Below are positions 13,967 to 31,255 of a stretch of DNA of 64,000 bases, in pieces. Numbering within the stretch: the first letter of the stretch is position 1; the number at the start of each line of letters is the position of its first letter. The stretch lies in NCBI GenBank assembly GCA_001244265.2, contig CDLV01000007.1:2046001-2110000 (forward strand), in the 5' to 3' direction. Under the pieces are notes generated by a model. The model worked only from the letters and a program-made list of their open reading frames with translations, made no database searches and was not told the DNA's origin. A program made the position numbers and the translations under genes. Source of the stretch: Microbotryum violaceum (taxonomy: Eukaryota).

Positions 13967-14421
13967 CTTCAACTGACGGCTCGCGAGAGGTGGCCGGCCA
14001 GTTGGTTGGTTGACTGAAGGCCGCCGCACGCAGACAGGCCCCAAATGTGGGGGTCGTCGCTGGTTGCAGCGGTCGGATCGTCGAGCTCGAGCTTGAGTAC
14101 GTTGAGTGAGGGGGCAAGCAAAAAGACGTACATCATCGAGGTCGACATGCTCTGCTCCACAGCGAAAGGCGAGATCCACGAAGCGAGAACAAAGGAAAGA
14201 GGGTATATAAAAGGAGTGGGACTGGTCGAGTGAGAATAAGAATCTGAGGAGGGGGGAGCCTGAGGAAAAGTGACGGGTTGGAGAAACGACCGAGATTGCA
14301 CCGAGAGTCCACCCGGCGCACTCCCGGCGCCTCCATGGGAGCCACGGCGGGCGGACTGGTGCGCGGCCACATTGACTTCTCCTGTCCCCAAGTTCAATTG
14401 GCAGGGACCAGTTACTGTAGG

Positions 14422-14496
14422 CAAGGATCCGCATTAAATCAAATCACCGTCAGATCAGATCAGATTTGATCTGATCTGATCTAATGCGGACCCTTG
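14422..14496. repeat. Short palindromic element, possible collapsed DNA transposon/MITE remnant
   Basis: Outer arms CAAGGATCCGCATTA / TAATGCGGACCCTTG (1 mismatch). Inner arms AGATCAGATCAGAT / ATCTGATCTGATCT. No TSD seen. Confidence 0.6.
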
Positions 14497-14604
14497 GCGG
14501 TGGGGGTTTCGCATTCTAGATTGCCAAATTTTCGAAACGGACACTTACCAATTTAGCAAAGCACGAGTAGTAGCTGGGCTAAGACTTCGCGAATGAGCTA
14601 GGCA

Positions 14605-14770
14605 TTACCCTAACTAGTAAGAAAAAAGTGTGAGTTAAGGAATGTTACCCTACTAATTACCCTTATTCTAACTAGTAAAAAAAAAAAGTGTGAGTTAAGG
14701 AATCCTTATCCTTAAAACTATATAACAAAAAACGTCGTCGAGACAAACCACGTGGCGTGACGTCGACGTT
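14605..14770 (+). mobile_element. Stack of truncated Helitron left (5') termini
   Basis: Repeated TTA(C/T)..TAACTAGT(A)n-GTG(T)GAGTTAAGGAAT units resemble the start of the adjacent Helitron at 14771. Confidence 0.6.
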
Positions 14771-15536
14771 TTACTCTAACTAGTTTTAAAAAAGTGAGTT
14801 AAGGAATGTACCTAAAATCGCTATTTTTAACTAGGTTGCTGCCCGGAGGGCCGCCTGTGGTGGATGTATCAGCACACTGTTGTGTCCGACGCACCTGCCT
14901 GTGGTGTCCATGTTCCGATCACAAGTCATGTACAAGCTCTGTGGCAACTTTTGTTTTTTTCGCGCCAGTCGAACGAAGCTACAGCGTTCCCAGTATTTTC
15001 TGTCACTTTTTCATTGAAGTAGAACTGTGCGAACACTTTTATTGTATTTAATGGACGGCAAGCGCGTGGCTTTGTATGACATTGCTTCTACAGCAGAGCT
15101 CCGCCTGGCGCCTGGCGCCTGACGCGCTGACGTCGCTGACGCGCGCCTGACGCCTGACGCGGGGCGAGGCTTGGGTATGTCACGTGATGCGGCGCGCCAA
15201 CGGTGTCAGGCTCACAATTCTTTGCGTACTACTTGCACGGAAGCTACAATGGCGTGCGTTGTCAAACATGGAAAGCCTCCGGGCTGTTCATCATGGTGAC
15301 GCGCGACTCCATTTGGCCGGAAATCAAGGCTGCACTGTGGCCGAACGACAAAGCATGCCACCGTCCAGATCTCATTGCACGAATGTTTGAATGGGCAGGC
15401 TGTCTCGGCGATGAATGGATTTTTTTTGCGTTTTTTGTTTGTTTTTGTTTACCTGTGCTGAAATCATGTAGACTGTTCATCGATTCTCATGCGATTTGAA
15501 TTTCATCCGCCCGTTAATTTAACGGGATCCCACTGG
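14771..15536 (+). mobile_element. Internally deleted non-autonomous Helitron
   Basis: 5' part is homologous to the Helitron left ends at 15579 and 18218. Rep remnant at 15203-15390 (SQFFAYYLH...LFIMVTRDSIWPEIKAAL...RPDLIARMF). Canonical right end: hairpin CCCGTTA-att-TAACGGG (15510-15526), then CTGG (15533-15536, CTRR) followed by T. Confidence 0.85.
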
Positions 15537-17883
15537 TTACCCTTACCCTAACTATTACCACTTACTAACTTTTTTTTATTACTACCTCTTTATATATAAA
15601 AAGGTCGATCCGCGACCCATGTACCTAAAATCGCTGTTTTTGACTGTGTTGCGGCCCTCTGGGCCGCCTATAGTGAATGTACCAATACAGTATGCGTCCG
15701 CCGCACCTGCCTGTGATTTTGGCGTCCCGACCAGAAGTCATGTACGACCTTTTCGCACCTTTTCGCATTTTCTGCACCATAAAAGTCGAGCTACAGCCCG
15801 AGGACAATTGTTGTTGATTTTTGGCAGGGTACCCAACTATTGATCAGTTTGTTTGGGATTTAATGTATAGCAAGCGCGTGGGTTTGCATGACACTTCTTC
15901 TACACAGCTCGGGCGTGGTCCCGCTGTCTGTGCGGGCGCGGCTTACGCTGCCCGATGCGCCGTCGATCACGTGACGTACTGTATACAACGCGACACCGGT
16001 TTTAGGGGCTGAACAACAACATGATCTTCCAGGGGTTGTAAATAGTCCCGCGATACTCTCTCTAATTCTTTCCTTTCCCTCCCACTCATCGAATTTTCGT
16101 GACAACCGCGCCGAGTCTCTGGCGCGAGGATAGCGTACCGCCGTACCATGGGACTCGATCGGAGACCATGGGCCTGCTACTGGCCTGCTCGAGCTTGCTC
16201 GAGCGCCTGCTAGCATGCTGCTGAGCCGGCTGCTCGACTCTCCTCTTCGTCCCGCTCCGATCAACAGAATCAGCTCCCCACGCGTGATGACAACCACTCG
16301 ACCGATGTTGGTATTACGACCCGTATAAGCGCCCGCCGTACAGCTTTGTAGAACGAACAGCGTGGTCCGCGAGGGCCCGATGGCCGATCCGACGCTGAGC
16401 TTGCCCCACCACCCCTCTTCTTGCGCAGAGGCAAGTGCGCAGGCCTCGAATCGAGCTCAAACCACTCAAGCCCCACGTTCCCATTCGCGACTTACTCGGC
16501 CCCAGATGGCCGTGTGTGCCCACTGCAAGGCTCGACACTGGGAGTGCAAAGGACGAACCGGACACTTCAGCACGTGCTGCTTGCAGGGTAAGGCGCAGCT
16601 ACCTCCTCTCTCCGGCCCAATCCCGAGTATCAATAGCTACTTGAAGGTTCGGATAGCGGTCAGTTGCTCCGTCCAACGACATTCGTCTGTAGTATACCCA
16701 CATGCTGAACTGTGCAACCCACCTACACAGAAGCTAAGGCATTCCGGCGTTCCGCGAGAATGCCCGGTCGTACAGCAACGCGCTGTCGTTCACTTCGCTC
16801 GCTGGCTGCCCACTTTGACCAGACTCGACCAGGCACTCAAGGACCCCGCATGTTTTGCTTTTTTGGTTGCTTTTACCATCGACTCGCCGCCCTGATTCCT
16901 ACCGTCAATCAACGTCCAGCCTTTGCTCAAACATGGCTGATCGACCCGGCCGAGGCCACCGACACTCGACTTGAACCCGACGGCGCAGACAGTCGCGTGC
17001 AACGATCTACTTTGACCAAGCTCGAGTCCATCCTGCGCACCGGCAATCGCTTTGTGAGGGAGTTCGCATCGGCCAAAGCTCACGCAGGTTGGGATACGGC
17101 CAAAGAGTGGATCCTGCGCCTCTGCCTCCCGCCAGGCCGGGACCGACGCACCCACAACCTTCCTACGTCAAGCACGGAAATGGCGATGCTTATCTGCGAT
17201 TCCGACACCAACACGGGAGATCGTGGACCGCAAGACCTCATTCTCCAGGTGCACGGTGATCGATCTCCCGATGGTTGGCTCAAGTACCAAGTCGTTAGCT
17301 CGCTCCATCCGTCCGCGATGCCTCTCCGTTACCCACTACTTTTTCCTGCAGGGGAAGATGGCTTCCACCCCAACATTCCTCTTTGCGGGTTGCACCAAGC
17401 CAGGCCGCCAATCGCCAGAAACCGAGAGCAGATCGACAGTGGTGTCCAATTGCGCGAGCTACTTGCCGGTCTCGGTCTGGATGACGAAGACAAACAGGAG
17501 GACGAAGACCGCGACAATGAGGATGAAGACGGCGAGGAAGGGGACGAAGAGGATGGTGATGGCGAACGTACGCGTCTTCGGTTTTTTCTCTGAGGTTCCA
17601 TTCTGTCTAAGGCGCAAGCACAGATTGACATTGAACTTTTGAACACCTAGGACGAAGGTCAAGTAAAGCGGTCGAGGTGGCGAGTCTCGCGTCCACAATT
17701 CTTTGCGCATTACTTGCCAAAGGCGACGAGTACTTCTCAATCCCGCATTGCACCCAACGTCCCTTCCTGGAGTTTGTGAATAACGGATGTACTCCCAAGT
17801 CAAGACCGATTGACTCAACACATCCGGTTGCATCAAGAGAACCTACGCCTCACCACGACCCAAGGCATCAACGGCTTGACCCC
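15537..17883 (+). mobile_element. 3'-truncated Helitron with degraded Rep/Helicase N-terminal coding region (about 16380-17880)
   Basis: Helitron motifs CAHCKARHW...FSTCCLQGKAQLPPL, GP..F...G.FYHRLAALIP...PAFAQ and SSLHPSAMPLRYPLLFPAGEDGFH. Frameshifted; no helicase domain or right end. Confidence 0.88.
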
Positions 17884-18218
17884 GGGACAACCTCTGAGCT
17901 CTGTAGAAGAAGTGTCATGCAAACCCACGCGCTTACTATACATTAAATCCCACACAAGCTGCTCAATAGTTGGGCACCCTGCTAAAAATCAACAAAAATA
18001 TTCCTCGGGCTGTAGCTCGACTTTTATGGTGCGGAAAATGCGAAAAGGGTCGTACATGACTTCTGGTCGGGACGTCAATAACACAGACAGGTGCGGCAGA
18101 CCCAATACTGTACTGGTACATTCACTATAGGCGGCCCAGAGGGCCGCAACACAGTCAAAAATAGCGATTTTAGGTACATGGTCGCGGATCGACCTTTTTA
18201 TATATATAGAGGTAGTAA
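17884..18218 (-). mobile_element. Inverted Helitron left-end copy (about 335 bp)
   Basis: Reverse complement of 15579-15922, roughly 90% identical by eye, including the GCGGCCC-TCT-GGGCCGC hairpin. Confidence 0.85.
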
Positions 18219-18851
18219 ACTTGTTCATCATATTGCCCCCAATTCCTGTTCCCCCTGATTGGCCTACGGAAAAACTAGATGGAAGTCGACGATGATAGCA
18301 CAAACCGCCCGCAAGATGCGAGAAACGGGCCGGTGTCCACCAATCCGATACTTGGGATTCAAGTGCCCGAGCCAAGCGGTTGCTCCCCCCAGGAGACGAA
18401 TGAGAGAGAGAAAGAGAAAGAGTAACAAAACGATTTACTAACGACAAGAGGCCCACCCCGCACCCACTTCCCAACTCGGTCGAGACAAAAACAGGAGAGC
18501 GACTGCGCAGCTACCCTGACCCGCGAAGTCCCAAGTCTATGCTCGGTCACAACAAGACGCGGTGGAGGCCCCTCAAAACCTCCACCTCAGCAGTCCCTGG
18601 CCCCTCAAAGCCGACTTTCTGCCTGTGTCTGCTGATCCATCCCTTGACTCAGAACCCCAAAGACAAAGAGCGCGAGCCACCGTCGAGTCAATCCCAAATT
18701 GCGAGCCGGTCCATGAGCAACAAAGGCAGACCTGTAATAGATGAAAGATGAAAGTAAGATATTTAGTATACATTGTTTTGTTGGAAGATGAAGCGTGATG
18801 GTGTGTGTGTGTGGGGTGTGGTGGGGGGAAATCGAACCCAGCCTCTACTGC
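18219..18851 (-). mobile_element. LINE family A 3' UTR-only fragment, diverged subfamily
   Basis: Colinear with the 3' UTR of LINE A1 (about 52360-53008), from GTTCATCATATTGCCCCC to TCGAACCCAGCCTCTACTGC. Confidence 0.85.
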
Positions 18852-19073
18852 TCGCTTCACTGGGGGTTAGCCATACATAGTACCAAGCTGTCAACTCCTT
18901 TCAGAGTGGATATTGTACCTTTTTGAGGTCAGTGTAGGCTAGTGGTAAAACTCTGTCAGGAGCGGTTCCAAGCTTTACCACTAGCCTACACTGACCTCAA
19001 AAAGGTACAATATCCACTCTGAAAGGAGTTGACAGCTTGGTACTATGTATGGCTAACCCCCAGTGAAGCGAGC
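18850..19073. repeat. Perfect 100-bp inverted repeat with 24-nt spacer
   Basis: 18850-18949 is the exact reverse complement of 18974-19073. Confidence 0.95.
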
Positions 19074-19203
19074 TAGGAATTGCAAGATTACTGGTTCATG
19101 ACAGGTACCACCTTTGGGCAATGGATTTTCCTCTGGTTGTGATAGACTAGCTCTCAGGTAGATTCTCTCTCTCTCTCTCTCCTTCTTCTTCTTCAGTTGT
19201 AAT

Positions 19204-19298
19204 ATACTAGTAAAAAAAAAGTATTGATCCGCGACCATGTACCTAAAATCACTGTTTTACAGTGTTGCGGCCCTCTGGGCCGCCTATAGTGAATGTAC
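19204..19298 (+). mobile_element. Helitron left-end fragment cut off by a Copia LTR
   Basis: GATCCGCGACCATGTACCTAAAATC...GCGGCCCTCTGGGCCGCCTATAGTGAATGTAC matches 15607-15682. Confidence 0.8.
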
Positions 19299-22200
19299 TG
19301 TTAGAAGTGGGGTCTGAGAGCCTAACTCATTGCTATTAGTCTTGGTTAATACTTTATTCTGCGCGCGCGCCTATCTTTGTCTTTGCGTCTTTTTTCCTTC
19401 TGGGTTCCTTCTCCACGCTATTCTCATCATCTCACTCGTGTATCTCGGAGCTGGGTCGTGGAGTACCTCTTAGTCCTTGTTGCAACAGGTTATGAGCTCA
19501 ACGGGCGAATCCGACTTCCCCAACGGGTCAGGCAATCGCTTGTATCTCAAGGACACAAGGGTACAAGAGCTGGTCACAACGTGCGTTTATCAATCTTCGA
19601 GCCGACAAAGTATGGGATGTCGTCAATCAATCCATCGACTCCCTTGTCGCGGACTATCGGTCCACGCTCGTTATCGCACATGCAACTGCGTCCGTCGCGC
19701 CAGTTGAACCAGCCTCCTCCGGCTTTAGCGGGCTTGGGGGGGGGCTCTGGTTCTGCGCACTCGGACGCCTCGCCCAGGCTCACCAGCGTTCAAGTTGCGG
19801 ACAAGGTCGCGGAATATCGCGAACGGGCCATCCGCCGCAACGATTTGGCATGCAAGTACATCGCCAATTCGATCTCTGAGGAACAGATGTCTCACTTGTT
19901 TCATCTTACCTCGGCGTACGAGATGTGGGACACCCTCCGTGGTCTCCACTCTCACGGTCGCCCGAGTCGCACTATGGACCTCCTCAACACTCTAGCGCAA
20001 CCTTACTCTGGGGATATTCCTTTTAAGGAATTCGTCAACAAGGTCAAGATCGCCATGACCGATTTTCAGAACCTCGGAGCTCCGCTTCCGCATTGGCTGT
20101 TTGCAGGCATGCTCGTTCGGTCGCTCCCAGCCCAGTATGACTCGATCGTTGGGAACCTTGCCTCCGACATCGACATCCACATGGATTGGAACACGTTCTA
20201 TCCGAAACTCCTGATGAATGTCGAAATGGCTGATTCCCGAAACAAACAAAAGGAATCGTTATCCGCTCGGATCGTTGACAATACTAGCCTCGTCGCCCGT
20301 ATTTCCACCACGGCGCAAAAGGACTACTCCAAGTCGTATTGTTCGCGCTGCAAAGCACTGGGACACGAGCGTGGTTGGCGTCTCTGTCCAAGCAGGAACA
20401 AGGATGCGAGCGCTCCCGCTTCCTCGGACTCAAATTTGAACGTAGCTGCCATTGGTGTAGATGAATCTGCATTGATGACCTACACTTTCCCCTATTCGCG
20501 AACGATGCCACGTTTTCCATGGATCATTGACTCGGGTGCTACGGTCCATTGCATTGGAGACAAGTCGGTCCTATCGGACGTTGTCTCTGAGCCTCTCAAA
20601 ATTTCTGTCGCCAATCAATCTCAAATCGAATCTCCCGGTCATGGCTCAGTGACGTTTCTTACCTCATATGGCGCTCGTATCACCATTAAGAGGGTCTACT
20701 ACATGCCCGGTGCTCAATGCGGTTTTATCTCCATCGACGGTCTGTTGGAATCGATGACGTACGCTGTTGGTCCCCAAAGCAATCTCATTTTTCAGTATCC
20801 ACGGCAAGTCGATTCTGCGCTCGCTTCCTGGTCGGGGGTTTGTCATGGATGCAGCTCCCGTTCAGCCTATCATGTCATCCTCACCGCCTTCAATGGTCGG
20901 AGCCAATTGTCTCACTGGAACCTGTACGTTGATGGAAGCACATCGGAAGTTGGGCCATCAATCTCCTGCGGCGATCGTTTTGGCCGTCAAATCCGGGGCT
21001 ATCACTGGCATCACTCTGAAGGACGAAAAGGTTACTCCTTGCTTCTCGTGCATCCAGGCCAAGTCAAAGCGATCACCCTTCTCCAACAAGAGTACCGAAG
21101 CGCCTCATGCACTCTACCGCGTCTTCATCGATCTTGGGTTTGTCGAACATCCCAATCACCATGGCGATACTATCTATCTCGCTATCGTGGATCAGTATTC
21201 GACGGCTAAATGGACGATCGTGCTAAAGGACAAGAGGGCTGAGACAATTATCGAAGCATGGTCGAAATTTCAAGCCGAGTCCGAGCGTCAAACGGGTCAG
21301 AAAATCAAGAGGGTCAGATCGGACAATGGTCGTGAATTCGACAACTCGTTGTTCCGGGCTCTTCTTGAAAAGCAGGGCATCATCGTGGAATTCACAGCCC
21401 CCTATACTCCGGAGCAAAATGGTCAAGTAGAGCGACTCAATGGATCTCTCATGGGTCTCGTTCGATCAATGCTCCTCAACTCCGGTTGTAAGGCGCGCGC
21501 CTTACTACGGGCCACAGGGATTAGAAATAGAGATTGCGCGCACCTAGCTTCTTCAGTTCCCTCCCCATCGGGCTGACACCAGAAGCTAGGTGAGTACTGG
21601 TGTTCCATATCTCAGCACTCTCGTATATCGGGCTGACACCAGAAGCTAGTTGCAATCCATAAAACTTGCACCTGTCAGCTAGGTCGCCAGTGAGGCTCGA
21701 GAGCGATCTCGTGCCTTTCACCGGTCTTCCCATGCGATTCTGGCCAGATGCTCTGGCCGTCGCAACATTTGTTCTCAATCGTCAACCACATCCTCGTATT
21801 CAAGGAAAAACGGCAATCGAAGTTCTTCTCGGCAAGAAGCCTAGTCTTGCTCATCTTCAGCCATTCGGATCTACGGCGTTTGTCCACGTTCCCAAGGAGC
21901 GTCGCTCCAAGCTTGCACCTCGCTCCATTCAGGGAGTTTTCATCGGGTACTCCGGTGAATACAACTACCGTGTCTGGGTCCAATTGTCGAAACAGGTCTA
22001 CGTTTTGTGTCACGTCACATTCCTTGAGACTCCTTCGGTTGTCACTTCGTCTCAAGATTGTGCGGACGCTTCTGATCCCGTTCATCATTCTCAACCTCCT
22101 CATCTTCCTCATCCTCCGCCAGATGTGTTGCCGTCTACACCAACTTCACCTGTTGTGGATCCAACTTTGCCGGATCCACAGCCTCCTCCGGTGGTTCCAA

Positions 22201-24329
22201 TTGAAGTTGGTCAACAGGGGGGGTATCTTGCAGTCGTTCCTCGTAAGGATGACAACAATGACGACAACGATGGACTCGACGATGGACCTGATAACTATCA
22301 TGACGCAGAAGAACCACTCGACGGTGAGGCGGAAGTCGCTCTCGCTCCTCGTGAAGGTTATGCCATCGTTCGCACTGGTCCAAATCCTGGCCAATTCGAG
22401 AATGTTGATCCTTCCAACATCCTTCCTGCTGGTTCTCGTTATCGACCTCAACCTCCGGAAAATATACTTCCCATCATTTCGGCCATCATGGTTGATGTCT
22501 TGGATACTCCACCCATGTTCCACGACAAGCTTTCCTATGATGCCTACTGTGCTGCCGTGTTTGCCGAAGAAGACATCGAGATACCCAAGACATTCAAGGA
22601 AGCCATGAAGTCACCCTATCGCAACCATTGGAGTGCGGCAATGGTCTCAGAACTTCTACAATTCGATCATCATGGAGTCTTTCAGGAAGTCAAGTGGCAC
22701 GAAGGAATTTGGGTACTCGGCACGATCTGGGTCTACAGTATCAAGCGCGATGCAAACAGCAAAATCATTCGTTTCAAAGCTCGTCTCGTTGCTCAAGGAT
22801 TTGCTCAACACCCAGGCATTGACTACCATGACACCTACGCTCCTGTCGCTCGTTCTTCGACAATTTTGTTCTTGATTGCTCTGGCTGCTGCTCAGGGCCT
22901 GTATCTTGAACAGTTCGATTTTGACTGCGCCTTTCTCAATGGCAAGATGACCAAGGATGTCTATGTTCGATACCCAAAAGGATGGAATCGTCCTCAATCC
23001 CCTGGCAAGTGCCTCAAGCTCGTGGGTTCCATGTATGGCACCAAACAGGCGCCCCGTGAATGGTATCAAGCCGTCAATGATCTCATGCTGTCTCGAGGCT
23101 ACATGAGGGCAACTGCCGATGCTTGCCTCTACATCAAACATTTGGGCACTTCGTTTGCTATCATCACTCTCTATGTTGACGACGGTCTCATTGCGTCCAA
23201 CAATCAGTCCTTCTTGGACTCCGAGCTCGGATCGCTTCACAAGGCCTTCCAGCTCAAGCGTCTCGGGCCCGTCTCCTACTTCCTGGGCTTCGAAATTCAT
23301 TGCACCAAAGATTACATCCTCGTTCACCAAAGCAAGTATGTCCGCACTATGCTCGAGAAGTTTGATTTTGCTTCTCCATCCAAGTGCCGTGCAGTCACGC
23401 CCATGGACGATCGCTCCTTGCTTCGAATCAATGCTACTCCGTTTACCGATGTGTCATTGTGCCAATCGGCTGTGGGTTCCCTGCAGTACGCGTCCACTCG
23501 ATGTCGACCCAATATTGCGATTGCTGTTCGTGCCGTTGCTCAAAAGAACTCCTGTCCAACTGTCGATGATTGGGCTGCGGTCAAGCATATAGTTTGCTAC
23601 CTCAACAGCACCATCAATTTGGGAATTCTTTATCGAAACAGTTCCACAACTTGATTGATGGTCTACTCCGATGCCTCGTTTGCGGATGACCCGGAATCTC
23701 GCAGATCGGTGGGAGCCTATGCATCAATGCTCGCTGGCGGCGTTATCTCCTGGCAGTCAAAGCAACAATCTATGATCGCTACATCCACTACCGAAGCCGA
23801 AATTCTCTCTGCATCCTCAGCCACTCGTGAAGCAATCTGGCTCCGTCGTTTGGCTGGTGATATCGGCATTCCACAAGCACAGCCTACTATCATTCAAGAG
23901 GACAACGCCGCATGCATCCAGATCGCCAAGGATCCGGTCGATCACATGCGAACCAAGCACTTTGACATTGCTCATTTGTTCGTTCGAGAACGGGTTGCTT
24001 CTGGCGAGGTCGAACTTGAATACTGCCCTACCCACGTCAATGCCGCGGATATTATGATGAAGCCTTTGGGATTTCAACGCTTTGATCAACTTTGTGCGCT
24101 ACTTGGAATGGTCTCGTTAGTCTCTTTGACCGGTGGGAGTGTTAGAAGTGGGGTCTGAGAGCCTAACTCATTGCTATTAGTCTAGGATAATACTTTATTC
24201 TGCGCGCGCGCCTATCTTTGTCTTTGCGTCTTTTTTTCCTTCTGGGTTCCTTCTCCACGCTATTCTCATCATCTCACTCGTGTATCTCGGAGCTGAGTCG
24301 TGGAGTACCTCTTAATCCTTGTTGCAACA
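19299..24329 (+). mobile_element. Ty1/Copia LTR retrotransposon (family A), full length but inactivated
   Basis: LTRs 19299-19487 and 24140-24329 (TGTTAG...GCAACA). PBS GGTTATGAGC. Gag knuckle CSRCKALGHERGWRLC, protease IDSGAT, integrase [37 protein letters not shown] and RNase H YSDASFA/STTEAE in Copia order. Frameshifts and a stop at 23652. Confidence 0.95.
21487..21720. mobile_element. Solo LTR inserted in the Copia A integrase
   Basis: TGTAAGG...CTTTCA flanked by the 5-bp TSD CCGGT (21482-21486, 21721-21725). The integrase reads ...MLLNSG | LPMRFWPDA across it. Confidence 0.9.
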
Positions 24330-24907
24330 GAAAGTTTGCCTGTCTTTTGGTCAATATCCTCGCGTCAAGGCGAGGCTCGTTTCGTTGTACTGGATCACTT
24401 TTCTCTCGGCCCCAACGGCTCAACAGCCAGCACTCGAGATTTAGCCAAGGGAGGACATCAGGCGCTGTCGGGGTGACGAGTAGCTGGGGCTTGGCTGCGG
24501 CCTGTTAGTCCCTGGGGACCTCTACCTCCGGCTTCGACCCCCTCCCTTGGCCCCTCGGTGTTCCCCTCCTCTCTGTCTTAGTATTCCTGGTTCTCCGTAT
24601 CCCCAGTTGTGACTTTCTGTATACTCTCCCCCTTCTTTCTCTAGGCGCTCTTGCCTGGTTTTCGAGTATCTTTGCTCCCGCTCTTGGGACGTGAAGCGGC
24701 AGCAGTACTCACCGCCCGTTGGAGTCCGCGTTAGGTGCTCGGCGGGTTTTGATCTGCGCAGCGCTCTTTGCGCGCAGGGGTTTGACTTTCACCCAACTGC
24801 TTGCCGTCGTTGCTTTATAACCTCCTTTAGCTCTTTTTGTAGCGGTCCCAGCCAACCCGAAGGATAGCAATTTATGAGCCCCAGTCAAAAAAACAAAACA
24901 AAAACAA
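24330..24907 (+). mobile_element. LINE family B 3' UTR fragment with A-rich tail
   Basis: Inverted homolog of about 40962-41500. Ends TTATGAGCCCCAGTC followed by an A-rich tract at 24887-24907. Confidence 0.85.

Positions 24908-31255
<6,348 letters not shown>

Noticed and set aside
14130-14148. Upstream micro-exon MSTSM for the DUF7918-like gene
   Set aside because: Splicing GTACGT to the nearest CAG before 13966 gives an immediate in-frame stop, so it is unsupported without RNA data.
14605-15560. TTACCC/CCCTAA tracts as interstitial telomere repeats
   Set aside because: Only one or two degenerate units at a time, always at Helitron left ends, so better explained as element termini.
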